Source: an uncultured candidatus Porisulfidus sp.
GTDB taxonomy: Bacteria; Pseudomonadota; Gammaproteobacteria; Poriferisulfidales; Poriferisulfidaceae
Reading direction: 5' to 3'
Assembly (NCBI GenBank): GCA_965204575.1
Contig: OZ241993.1
Coordinates: 1,248,001-1,312,000 of the forward strand
DNA: 64,000 bases
Positions 55,758 to 64,000 of this stretch are shown here, piece by piece. The notes under the pieces were generated by a model, which did not search any database, was not told the origin of the DNA, and saw only the letters and a program-made list of their open reading frames with translations. A program made the translations under genes and the position numbers. The stretch's first letter is position 1; each line of letters begins with the position of its first letter.

Positions 55758-58679
55758 CTACTGGCAAGCCTCGCAGTCTTCGTCCATGGAGCAGAACGGA
55801 GTCGCGTTTTCGCCGGTGTCCGGGGCGGTCGCATTCGCGGCGACCGCGTTGAGTTGACTGCGCTCGTCGCCGGTGCTTTTCTCGACGTGCGTGGCACCGA
55901 GCGAGCGCAGGTAGTAAGTGGTCTTCAGGCCGCGTACCCAAGCCAACTTGTACAGGTTGTCAAGGTCGCGCCCGGAAGGCGTGGCCATGTAGAGGTTCAG
56001 CGATTGCGCTTGGTCAATCCATTTCTGTCGGCGCGAAGCGGCCTCCACCAGCCAGCGCGGATCCAGCTCGAATGCCGTGATGTACAGCTGCTTGATCTCG
56101 TCCGGGATGCGGGCGATGTCCTGGATGCCGCCGTTGTAATGCTTGAGATCGTTGATCATCACGTCGTCCCACAGGTCTTCCTTCTTGAGGTCGCGCACCA
56201 GGTACAGGTTGATGACCGTGAATTCGCCGGACAGGTTGGACTTCACGAACAGGTTCTGGTAAGTGGGTTCGATGCTTTGCGTCACGCCGGTGATATTGGA
56301 GATGGTGGCGGTCGGCGCGATGGCCATCGTGTTGGAGTTGCGGATGCCGAGGCGCACTTTTTCGCGCAGGGCGTCCCAGTCCATCGTAGTATCGGCATTG
56401 ACCTGGTAGAACCGTTCGCCGCCGCGCGTCCGGCGGACCCGCTCAATTGAATCGATGGGCAGGATTCCTTCGGACCATAGCGAGCCTTGGAAGCTCGGAT
56501 AAGCGCCGCGTTCCTGAGCCAAGTCGGCAGACGCGTCAATGGCGAAGTAGCTGACCGCTTCCATGGATCGATCAGCAAAATCGATCGCCTCATCGCTGGC
56601 GTAGGGGATACGCAACTGGTACAGCGCGTCCTGGAACCCCATCAGGCCCAAGCCGACCGGGCGGTGGAGCAGGTTGGAACGGCGCGCCTTGGCGACGCTG
56701 TAGTAGTTGTAGTCGATCACGTTGTCCAGCATGCGCATGGCGGTCCGCACGGTGCGCTCGAGTTTTTCCATCATCAGGCCGTTTTCGTCGACGTGGGCCG
56801 CGAGATTGATGGAACCGAGGTTGCACACGGCGATCTCGTCGTCGGAGGTGTTGAGCGTGATTTCGGTGCACAGGTTGGACGAATGGATGACGCCATGGTG
56901 CTGCTGCGGGGAGCGTAGGTTGCAGACGTCCTTGAAGGTGATCCAGGGATGGCCGGTCTCGTAGAGCATGCCCAGCATCTTGCGCCACAGGTCCCCGGCG
57001 CGGACTGTCTTGAAGTTCGAGATCTGTCCGTTTGCCGCCATCGCTTCGTATTGGGCGTAGCGGGTTTCGAACTCTTCGCCGATCAAGTCATGCAGGTCGG
57101 CTGTGTCACTTGGGCTGAAGAGGGTCCAGTCTCCATCGTCGGCGACGCGTTTCATGAACAGGTCCGGAACCCAGTTGGCCGTGTTCATGTCGTGCGTGCG
57201 CCGCCGGTCGTCGCCGGTGTTCTTGCGCAGTTCTAGGAATTCCTCGATGTCCAGGTGCCAGGTTTCGAGATACGCGCACATGGCGCCCTTGCGCTTGCCG
57301 CCCTGGTTGACGGCGACGGCCGTGTCATTGGCCACCTTGAGGAACGGCACCACGCCTTGGGAGCGGCCGTTGGTGCCCTTGATGTGCGAGCCCATGGCGC
57401 GGATCCGGGTCCAGTCGTTGCCAAGGCCGCCAGCGAATTTGGACAGCATGGCGTCGTCCTTGATGGAACTGAAGATGCCGTCCAGATCGTCTGGCACGGT
57501 GGTCAGGTAGCACGAGGACAGTTGCGGGCGCAGGGTGCCGGAGTTGAACAAGGTCGGAGTCGAACTCATGAAGTCGAAGGTCGACAGCAGGTTGTAGAAC
57601 TCGATGGTCCGGGCCTCCCGGTCCACTTCGGGGCCGGCAAGGCCCATGGCCACGCGCATAAAAAAGGCCTGAGGCATTTCGAAACGGGTGCTGTTCGAGT
57701 GTATGAAGTAGCGGTCATACAATGTCTGCAGGCCAAGGTAGGTGAATTGCATATCCCGCTCCGGCACGATGGCGGCCGCGAGTTTTTCTAGGTCGTATTC
57801 CTGACCCAGATGCGGGCTGAGCAGTTCGAGTGAGGTGCCGCGGCGGATGTAGCGGGGGAAGTAGTCGGCGTAGTCGACCGTCATCTTCACGCCCTGCGTC
57901 TGCACGGGCGCGTCATAGACGAATCCCGTTGCTTCCTGGTGCAGGCTGTGCAGCAGCAGACGCGCCGCGACAAACGTGTAATTCGGTTCCTTCTCGATCA
58001 GGCTGCGGGTGCTGATCGTCAGCTGGCGGTCGACCTCGGCCTCGGGGACGCCGTCATACAGGTTTCGGCAGGCCTCCTCCACGACAGGGCCGGGCTCGAC
58101 GTCATCAATGTCCCGGCAGGCTTCCTCGGCAAGCTTGCGCAGGCGCTCCGTGTCCAGCGGGCGCAGGGAACCATCGGCTGCCTTGACTTGAAGGGGGGTG
58201 GCGGGCCGCTCCTCGGTGCTTTTCTCTCCCGCCTCTTTCTCGGCACGTTCGCGGGCGCGTTCCTCCCGGTACAGCACGTACCTCCGGGCCACCTTGTGGT
58301 GGCCTCCACGCATCAGGGCCAGTTCAACATGATCCTGGATATCCTCGATATGGAACGTGCCGTTTTCCGGATGACTGCGGGTCAACGCATGGACGGTCTG
58401 CCGGGTGAGGTCGTCGACGACGCGATGGATCCGGCTGGAGGCGGCGGCAGTCCCGCCCTCGACCGCGAGGAAAGCCTTGGTAATGGCCACCCGGATCTTC
58501 GACTCGTCGAACGGCGTCAACTGCCGGTTACGTCGGATGACCCGGTACTTTCCAGGGGCGGTGGTTTGCAGGCTGGCCTCGGTGGGGGCGCTCGAACGTG
58601 GCGCGCCAGTGGCAATGCTCGGCTTGCCGGCGGAAGGCTGTTCGGAGGCGGCTTCGTCGGGGGTGGCTTCGGTGGTCAT
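55758..58679 (-). CDS. nrdA: Class Ia ribonucleotide reductase alpha subunit with two ATP-cones
   Basis: [30 protein letters not shown]-terminal CxxxxxCxxC. Confidence 0.97.
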   Translation of the reverse strand: MTTEATPDEAASEQPSAGKPSIATGAPRSSAPTEASLQTTAPGKYRVIRRNRQLTPFDESKIRVAITKAFLAVEGGTAAASSRIHRVVDDLTRQTVHALTRSHPENGTFHIEDIQDHVELALMRGGHHKVARRYVLYREERARERAEKEAGEKSTEERPATPLQVKAADGSLRPLDTERLRKLAEEACRDIDDVEPGPVVEEACRNLYDGVPEAEVDRQLTISTRSLIEKEPNYTFVAARLLLHSLHQEATGFVYDAPVQTQGVKMTVDYADYFPRYIRRGTSLELLSPHLGQEYDLEKLAAAIVPERDMQFTYLGLQTLYDRYFIHSNSTRFEMPQAFFMRVAMGLAGPEVDREARTIEFYNLLSTFDFMSSTPTLFNSGTLRPQLSSCYLTTVPDDLDGIFSSIKDDAMLSKFAGGLGNDWTRIRAMGSHIKGTNGRSQGVVPFLKVANDTAVAVNQGGKRKGAMCAYLETWHLDIEEFLELRKNTGDDRRRTHDMNTANWVPDLFMKRVADDGDWTLFSPSDTADLHDLIGEEFETRYAQYEAMAANGQISNFKTVRAGDLWRKMLGMLYETGHPWITFKDVCNLRSPQQHHGVIHSSNLCTEITLNTSDDEIAVCNLGSINLAAHVDENGLMMEKLERTVRTAMRMLDNVIDYNYYSVAKARRSNLLHRPVGLGLMGFQDALYQLRIPYASDEAIDFADRSMEAVSYFAIDASADLAQERGAYPSFQGSLWSEGILPIDSIERVRRTRGGERFYQVNADTTMDWDALREKVRLGIRNSNTMAIAPTATISNITGVTQSIEPTYQNLFVKSNLSGEFTVINLYLVRDLKKEDLWDDVMINDLKHYNGGIQDIARIPDEIKQLYITAFELDPRWLVEAASRRQKWIDQAQSLNLYMATPSGRDLDNLYKLAWVRGLKTTYYLRSLGATHVEKSTGDERSQLNAVAANATAPDTGENATPFCSMDEDCEACQ

Positions 58680-58768
58680 TTTTGTATGTCCCTCTTCTAG
58701 GTTTTAGACCCCATCCGGGAGGCTACTGGATTCCCGGACAGATCCCTTTCTCCTGCGGAAAGAGATTA

Positions 58769-58816
58769 CCACAATATATAGGGTTAATCACCCGTGTCAA
58801 GCACTATAAGCGGTGG
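58769..58816. promoter_or_regulatory. Tandem NrdR boxes
   Basis: CCACAATATATAGGGT (58769-58784) and the weaker GCACTATAAGCGGTGG (58801-58816), 32 bp apart upstream of nrdA; consensus acaCwAtATaTwGtgt. Confidence 0.75.
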
Positions 58817-58855
58817 AATAGACCTCGAATTTAAGTGGAGAAATCTCTGAAATTT

Positions 58856-58864
58856 TGTGGAAAA
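58856..58864 (-). promoter_or_regulatory. Possible DnaA box upstream of nrdA
   Basis: TTTTCCACA on the minus strand fits TTWTNCACA; weaker copies at 58834 and 58812 (22-bp steps). Confidence 0.35.
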
Positions 58865-59051
58865 CGCCGAAACGGGCGGAAAAAAGCGCTTATCTAGTTG
58901 GTTTATCGGAAGGTATGGCTGGAAAAGCATGAACAATTTATGACTATTCTAGTTTTATATAGAAATCCTGTTATCAATAACTTATATTTATGAAAGGGGG
59001 ATTTGGTCCGTCGTACGAGGCAAGTTCGAGGTTTTCTGGTATGGTTTTCGC

Positions 59052-60224
59052 ATGAATACTCCTGCCTCCGTACCCGGAATCCAGGCGGAAACCGACCTCT
59101 GCGTCAAATGCGGCCTTTGCCTGCCGCATTGCCCGACCTGGCGGATTCACCACCGCGAGGGGGATTCTCCGCGCGGTCGCGTCGAGTTGATTGCCGCATT
59201 GGCTGGCGGGCAAGTGGAACCCGGCCCTGCGTCGCAGGCCCGGCTGGATGGCTGCCTGCTGTGCCGGGCCTGCGAAAGTGTTTGCCCTGCCCGGGTTCCA
59301 TTCGGTCACTTGATGGATCAGGCCCGTGAACGCTGGCCTGCCCGCGGGGTCTGGTGGAGCCGCCTGTTCTGTTCTGCGGCGGGCCGAGTCCTGCTGCGTT
59401 TCGGATTCTGGCTGGCGGCTGCTGGCGGACTGGCTCGAATTGGCCAGCCGCTGCTTGCCTTGCTGCCGGAGGCCGTCGCGCTGCGGCGCAAGCGCCTGTC
59501 GAAGATCGGGGACATTGAGGTCGGGCTGTTTACGGGATGCGTGTCGGATGCTGTGGACCGGGTCACGCTCAACGATGCGGCGACTTTGCTGGAACGCTGC
59601 GGCGCGCGAGTCGCATGGGTCGAAGGGTCGGGTTGCTGTGGTGCGCTGGACCGGCACCAAGGCAATGCCAAGAATGCTGATGCGCATGTCCAGGGCAACG
59701 CTGCACGCATCGACCTGCATGCATTCGACCGCCTGGTTTCGGTCGCCACCGGGTGCGCGGCGGAACTGATGGACTACCCGCGGATGCTGGGCGGTGAGGA
59801 AGCAGCAGCCTGGGAGGACAAGCACTGCGAAGTGATGGCCTATCTGGCATCCCGCCAGGAAAAGCTTTCATTCCGACCCTTGCGGAAGGCGGTCATGCTG
59901 CATCATCCCTGCAGCGCCCGAAATGTGTTGCGGGAAACCACCTCGACCGCACGCCTGTTGCAAAAGATCCCGGACTTGAACGTGATCGAATCCAAAAGCG
60001 CCCAGTGTTGTGGCGCGGCCGGCGTGACCATGTTCCGTACGCCGCAAACGGCCCGGGCCTTGGCGGGCGACCTTGTCGAGGAATTTTCACGCAGTGGGGC
60101 GGAAGTCCTGGTGACGTCCAACATTGGCTGCGCGCTGCATTTGCGCGGGGCGTTCCGTGCGGCTGGCGTGAACGCTGCCGTCGGACATCCCGTAAACTTG
60201 TTGCGTGAGCAGTTGCGAGATTGA
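59052..60224 (+). CDS. GlcF-like Fe-S oxidoreductase (two [4Fe-4S] + two CCG domains)
   Basis: CVKCGLCLPHCPT, SPRGR, CLLCRACESVCP, GCCGAL, QCCGAAG, SNIGC..HL, HP. Confidence 0.88.
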   Translation: MNTPASVPGIQAETDLCVKCGLCLPHCPTWRIHHREGDSPRGRVELIAALAGGQVEPGPASQARLDGCLLCRACESVCPARVPFGHLMDQARERWPARGVWWSRLFCSAAGRVLLRFGFWLAAAGGLARIGQPLLALLPEAVALRRKRLSKIGDIEVGLFTGCVSDAVDRVTLNDAATLLERCGARVAWVEGSGCCGALDRHQGNAKNADAHVQGNAARIDLHAFDRLVSVATGCAAELMDYPRMLGGEEAAAWEDKHCEVMAYLASRQEKLSFRPLRKAVMLHHPCSARNVLRETTSTARLLQKIPDLNVIESKSAQCCGAAGVTMFRTPQTARALAGDLVEEFSRSGAEVLVTSNIGCALHLRGAFRAAGVNAAVGHPVNLLREQLRD

Positions 60225-60226
60225 CC

Positions 60227-60862
60227 ATGCGCCGAATGAGCCCGCTGGATCACTTGCTGGATGAGGCCGGCCGCTGGCTTTCCGATTTCCACCCTCCGCC
60301 CGGAGCCGCGCGGGCTTATCCGGCGGAGTCGTTGCCCGACGACAAGTTGAGCGAACCCCGGAAGCGGGAATCCGCCGCATTCATGCGGGTCAACCATGCG
60401 GGGGAGATCGCGGCGCAGGGCTTGTACTTGGGGCAAGCCTTGACGGCGCGCAGTGGAGCGGTTCGTGCGCACATGCGGGCGGCGGCCCGGGAGGAAACGG
60501 ATCACCTGCGCTGGTGCGAACAGAGACTGCGCGAACTGGATTCGAGAGTCAGCTGGCTGACGCCGTTTTGGGGCTTGGGCTCCCTAGCCATCGGAGTGGC
60601 CGCCGGCCTGGCCGGGGACCGCCGGAGTTTAGGTTTCGTGGAGGAGACGGAGCGCCAGGTGGGGGCGCATCTGGAGTCCCATCTGGTGCGCCTGCCGGAG
60701 GAGGATGCGCGAAGCCGCGCGGTGGTCGAGCAGATGAGAGAGGACGAGGAACGCCATCGTCGGCAGGCGGCCGAAGTCGGTGCCGAGAGAGTGCCGGAAC
60801 CCGTACGCCTCGGCATGGCCGCCGCTGCCCGGGCGATGACGGGGACAGCGTATTGGCTGTAA
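60227..60862 (+). CDS. coq7: Demethoxyubiquinone hydroxylase
   Basis: MRVNHAGE..AQ.LY.GQ, EE.DHL.WC..RL, SLGFV.ETE.QV..HL, DE..H di-iron motifs. Confidence 0.95.
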   Translation: MRRMSPLDHLLDEAGRWLSDFHPPPGAARAYPAESLPDDKLSEPRKRESAAFMRVNHAGEIAAQGLYLGQALTARSGAVRAHMRAAAREETDHLRWCEQRLRELDSRVSWLTPFWGLGSLAIGVAAGLAGDRRSLGFVEETERQVGAHLESHLVRLPEEDARSRAVVEQMREDEERHRRQAAEVGAERVPEPVRLGMAAAARAMTGTAYWL

Positions 60863-60911
60863 CAAAAATGACAATCGAAAAAACATATAAATCCCTGATA
60901 AATCAATAATC

Positions 60912-60939
60912 TTGACAAGTTTCCACCATAGTGTATATT
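60912..60939 (+). promoter_or_regulatory. Sigma70-type promoter
   Basis: TTGACA (60912) - 16 bp - TATATT (60934), with an AT-rich upstream tract. Confidence 0.6.
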
Positions 60940-61217
60940 TTTTCGGAGACGAGCCTAGCATCGTCAAGACGGACTAAGACCCATGCGTTCTTCTTTACAC
61001 AGGGAAGTGTTTTGGTGGCTTGCGGTATTGGCTGGCACGGAAAGGCGAAAAAGTGGCAGTGCTGGCCGGCCGGGCATGAGGGCAACCCCTCGTCTCTGGT
61101 TGATCCTTTCCCAAACATCCCGGCGTCTGCCGATTCTCGATATCACCCGGTGGGAGTTTCCTAACCATGCTGGGCGGTATGGAGTGGCAGGCGGAGCCTG
61201 GGAACGGAGACGGAATA

Positions 61218-62240
61218 ATGAAAATAAAAAACTCCTCAAGTTTCGCCCTGATCAGTTACATTTCGCGCTGTTATCACGATGGCGACAAGGCGGCTTTGGA
61301 TGTCCTGAATATCGATTCTGGGCAAGCGCGCCGAATCAGCAGGCTCTCTGCATTTGAAAGCAACACGCTCAGCGGCATCGCTGGGCGTTTCACCACCTTC
61401 AGGCTGCAGTTCAGGAGCCTGGAGAAATGCTATCGCCTGGTTGTGGAGGATCCTGTTTCCCTCAGTGGCTCCCGATCCAAGACCAAGGAGGTCGATCTCT
61501 GCCTGCATGTGTTCAATCACATCATTACCCTGTACCGCCGCAGCGAGCAGCAAGCGCTGGCCGAGATCGGACTCGAGCCGGAGCAGGCGGAATTCATCAG
61601 CCTGCGCCCTTGGGTGGAGCTTCAGAAACTGGCCCGGTATCTTTGGTTCTTCACTACCGTAGAGATCGACAACAAGCTCTTGGAGCAGTCGATCGATACG
61701 GCGATCGCTTCTGCCCGCTGGATCGGCCAGTGCGCGGAACTGATCCGCGCAGGCGCGCCGCGGGATCTGATGACGCGCTATTACGGCATGAGTTGCGAGT
61801 TGTACGCGGCAGCGCGCGAGATGCACGGCCGGCAGTGCCGTGGGCGCCCCCGGGTCCTGTCGGAAGACTTGCAATACCTTCTGTACGAGGAGTTCGTGCG
61901 CCGTTACCAGAGCTATGACAAGGGCGTCGACCCGCTGTGTCAGCCGGGCTTTTTCTTGGCGATCTACGAAAGCCTTGAGCGGAAGGTCTCGCTGCGGGAG
62001 ATCTGGATCCTGATCCAGGAGTGGCTGAACGGGAAGCGGGAACTGCGTCGGCTTGCAGGCGTGCCGGAGCAAAGCCTAGTGCCGGTTCAGGACGCGGGCT
62101 CCAGTACGCCGAGGACAGCGCCACGCTTGCGCAACCGTTCTAAAACCTGCAGGCCGCCGTCCACCACGGCTTCAGGGGTGTCCCGTTCGAGCTCGGCGGC
62201 TATCCTTTCGAGGTGCGACCGGGCCGGCATGCCGGGCTGA
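61218..62240 (+). CDS. DUF2857 (STY4526/YPO1902, PFGI-1-class ICE protein)-like protein with duplicated N-terminal domain
   Basis: C-terminal half L.RAGA...LM..YYG.S......R...G....GRP..LSE...W..I.EW resembles DUF2857; residues ~10-75 repeat the pattern of ~95-160. Confidence 0.65.
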   Translation: MKIKNSSSFALISYISRCYHDGDKAALDVLNIDSGQARRISRLSAFESNTLSGIAGRFTTFRLQFRSLEKCYRLVVEDPVSLSGSRSKTKEVDLCLHVFNHIITLYRRSEQQALAEIGLEPEQAEFISLRPWVELQKLARYLWFFTTVEIDNKLLEQSIDTAIASARWIGQCAELIRAGAPRDLMTRYYGMSCELYAAAREMHGRQCRGRPRVLSEDLQYLLYEEFVRRYQSYDKGVDPLCQPGFFLAIYESLERKVSLREIWILIQEWLNGKRELRRLAGVPEQSLVPVQDAGSSTPRTAPRLRNRSKTCRPPSTTASGVSRSSSAAILSRCDRAGMPG

Positions 62241-62866
62241 TCCTTCAGCAGGGCAATCAGCCGGGCGGCCACCGGATTGAGTTCCATGAACTGGGCCTTT
62301 CCGGCGGGATTGCGGAAAACGAACAGGAAGGTCGGGATCTCGGGTTTCTGCTGCGGCTGGAAGTCCGGGTTGATGCGGTGCACCGGGTACGCGTAGACGC
62401 AGAGTTCCGAGGCGGGGGACAGGACCACGGGATAATCCAGCAGGTCGCCGCCAGGGTCGATCCGTTCCGGATCGTACGGGGCGGTTTCGTCGCTAAACCG
62501 AATCTTGACGTCGATCCATTCGTAGTGGGCGAGTTCCGCCAGAAAGGGGGGAACATCGGGTTCGGAGACATGTTCCCGGGAGAGGTAGTCAACGAATTCC
62601 TGCCCGATCTTGTGGAAATACGGGGTGCGGCAGCCGTGCTGCGAGAAAAAGGCGTAGGACAGCTCATGCAGCGCATCCGGCCCAAGCAGTTTGGCGGTCA
62701 TGGGGAACGAACGCTCGACGAACCCCTGGATGTTCTTGAAGAAAAGGTCGCGGTAGACGGCCATGCGCCGTTCCTCGACGTCCTTCGGGCGGGGGTTCTG
62801 GCGCGGGTCGCGCAGGTGCGCGCAAAATTCTTCCTGGACGCGCTGGAAGTCGGGTCGCGCGGTCAT
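62087..62866 (-). CDS. DUF2063 / HvfC-like partner protein of an MNIO RiPP system
   Basis: Q..F.AHLRDP, RMAVYRDLFF.N, TPYF..I..EF, FL.ELAHYEW, Y.YPVHRI; directly downstream of DUF692. Confidence 0.88.
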   Translation of the reverse strand: MTARPDFQRVQEEFCAHLRDPRQNPRPKDVEERRMAVYRDLFFKNIQGFVERSFPMTAKLLGPDALHELSYAFFSQHGCRTPYFHKIGQEFVDYLSREHVSEPDVPPFLAELAHYEWIDVKIRFSDETAPYDPERIDPGGDLLDYPVVLSPASELCVYAYPVHRINPDFQPQQKPEIPTFLFVFRNPAGKAQFMELNPVAARLIALLKDQPGMPARSHLERIAAELERDTPEAVVDGGLQVLERLRKRGAVLGVLEPAS

Positions 62867-62870
62867 CGCG

Positions 62871-63716
62871 TCAGGCGGAATCGGGTGCCTGGGCCTGGTG
62901 GTCGCGGATGCGCCGGACTTCCCCGAGCAGTTGACCGATCGGCGGAAAATTGAAGTCGCGCTCAAGCAGGGTCGGCAGCGGGCCGAAGCGTCCGTACGCG
63001 TGATCCAGGAGATCCCAGACCGGCTCGATCACATCGGCGCCGTGCGTGTCGATGATCAGGTCCTTGGCCTCGTTGTAGTGGCCGGCGATGTGGAAATAGG
63101 CCACCCGTTCGGCAGGCAGCGCGTCCAGGTAGGTGCGCGGGGAATAGCCGTGGTTCACCGAGTTGACGTAGACGTTGTTGACGTCCAGCAGCATCAGGCA
63201 GTCGGCCGCCTCAAGCACGTCCCGGACGAAGTCGATCTCCTCCATCTGCTTGCCGGGCGCGGCATAGTAGGAGACGTTCTCGATCAGCATCTGGCGGTCC
63301 AGCGTCTGCTGCACTTCGCGAATCCGCCCGGCGACGTAATGCACGGCTTCTTCCGTGAACGGGATCGGCGCGAGGTCGTAGAGTTGCGCGTGATCCGAGC
63401 AATAACTCAGGTGTTCGCTGTATAGGCCGATGCCATAGTCGTCCAGGAAGCCGCGGATGCCCTCGAGCAGTTCACGGTCCAGCGGGGCCGGGCCGCCAAG
63501 CGACAGGGACAGGCCGTGCGTCGTGATGGGGTAGCGCTCGGCGAGTTCGTCGAAACGGGATTTCAGGGAACCGCCCAGCCCGATCCAGTTCTCGGGAGCG
63601 ACCTCGAAGAAGTCGATCGCGCCGTCCTCGAAACAGAGGAACTCGTTCAGGATGTCGCGGCGCAGGCCCAGGCCGGAACTGCGCGGGCGCGGCATTTCAC
63701 TCGGTTGGGCAGGCAT
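62871..63716 (-). CDS. DUF692 multinuclear non-heme iron oxidative enzyme (MNIO, HvfB/BufB-like)
   Basis: [57 protein letters not shown]. Start may instead be 63695. Confidence 0.93.
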   Translation of the reverse strand: MPAQPSEMPRPRSSGLGLRRDILNEFLCFEDGAIDFFEVAPENWIGLGGSLKSRFDELAERYPITTHGLSLSLGGPAPLDRELLEGIRGFLDDYGIGLYSEHLSYCSDHAQLYDLAPIPFTEEAVHYVAGRIREVQQTLDRQMLIENVSYYAAPGKQMEEIDFVRDVLEAADCLMLLDVNNVYVNSVNHGYSPRTYLDALPAERVAYFHIAGHYNEAKDLIIDTHGADVIEPVWDLLDHAYGRFGPLPTLLERDFNFPPIGQLLGEVRRIRDHQAQAPDSA

Positions 63717-64000
63717 TCCGGCAGGATCTCGAGATCCAGTAGTCCAGGCTGACGTAGCGTCCCGCACCGATGAAGAACAGGGTCAGCAGCATGATGAAGT
63801 AGGTGGCCGCGAATTCGATGCCGTTGTTCAGCATGACCAGGCTGCCGTGCTCGGTCAGCCAGGCGTAGTCGCCGTCCTCGCGCAGGATGGACCGGGCGAC
63901 CTGCAGCCGTTCGACGGCTTCGACCGTGCGCTCGGTGGCGAAGAATCCGCTGCCGGTGGCGATGGCGAGCCAGCCGTTCTTCCAGTGCACGGCGAAGGTG
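63697..64000 (-). CDS. DoxX-family membrane protein (HvfX/BufD-like), 5' end outside the window
   Basis: VHW.NGW.AI...[26 protein letters not shown]...G.GR..S.DYW. Confidence 0.85.
   Translation of the reverse strand, partial: TFAVHWKNGWLAIATGSGFFATERTVEAVERLQVARSILREDGDYAWLTEHGSLVMLNNGIEFAATYFIMLLTLFFIGAGRYVSLDYWISRSCRNACPTE

Noticed and set aside
58830-59050. Replication origin (AT-rich region with DnaA-like boxes)
   Set aside because: Only one good box and no dnaA/gidA context; the divergent nrdA promoter explains it adequately.
60863-62240. Integrated ICE or prophage at the DUF2857-like gene
   Set aside because: No integrase, att/tRNA site, relaxase or T4SS genes; both flanks are ordinary chromosomal loci.

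Overview
GC-rich chromosomal segment of a gammaproteobacterium (fabA, gamma-type gshA/gshB, zapB-zapA-6S RNA, pyrB with pseudo-pyrC'). It is probably a sulfur oxidiser (aprBA, SseA, PPi-type PFK) and possibly host- or sponge-associated; both points are inference. Most of the window is housekeeping: argH, lysA, cmoAB, ilvA, metK-ahcY-gshB-algH-ruvX-pyrRBC'K-proC-yggT, metA, fabA, dinB, nrdAB, coq7. The accessory content stands out: (1) a lower-GC minimal RiPP islet at 47.8-50.9 kb, where a fused leader-binding/YcaO cyclodehydratase converges on an NHLP (proteusin-type) precursor whose core is only 5 residues (VLFCT); (2) a degenerate CarH/LitR-type MerR regulator divergent from an AlkB/XylM-like di-iron oxygenase with a QxxHH third His box, with roughly 11-bp-phased TGTACA-like repeats between them; (3) an orphan, internally duplicated DUF2857 (ICE-regulator-like) gene behind a near-consensus promoter and a long structured leader; (4) a DoxX-DUF692(MNIO)-DUF2063 RiPP operon cut by the right edge; (5) a VapBC toxin-antitoxin pair, an AT-rich single-gene islet, a SafD-like aldehyde dehydrogenase and two small ORFs missed by the ORF track. 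No rRNA, tRNA, CRISPR array, transposase or integrase was recognised. All family calls come from motif recognition by eye, not from database searches.
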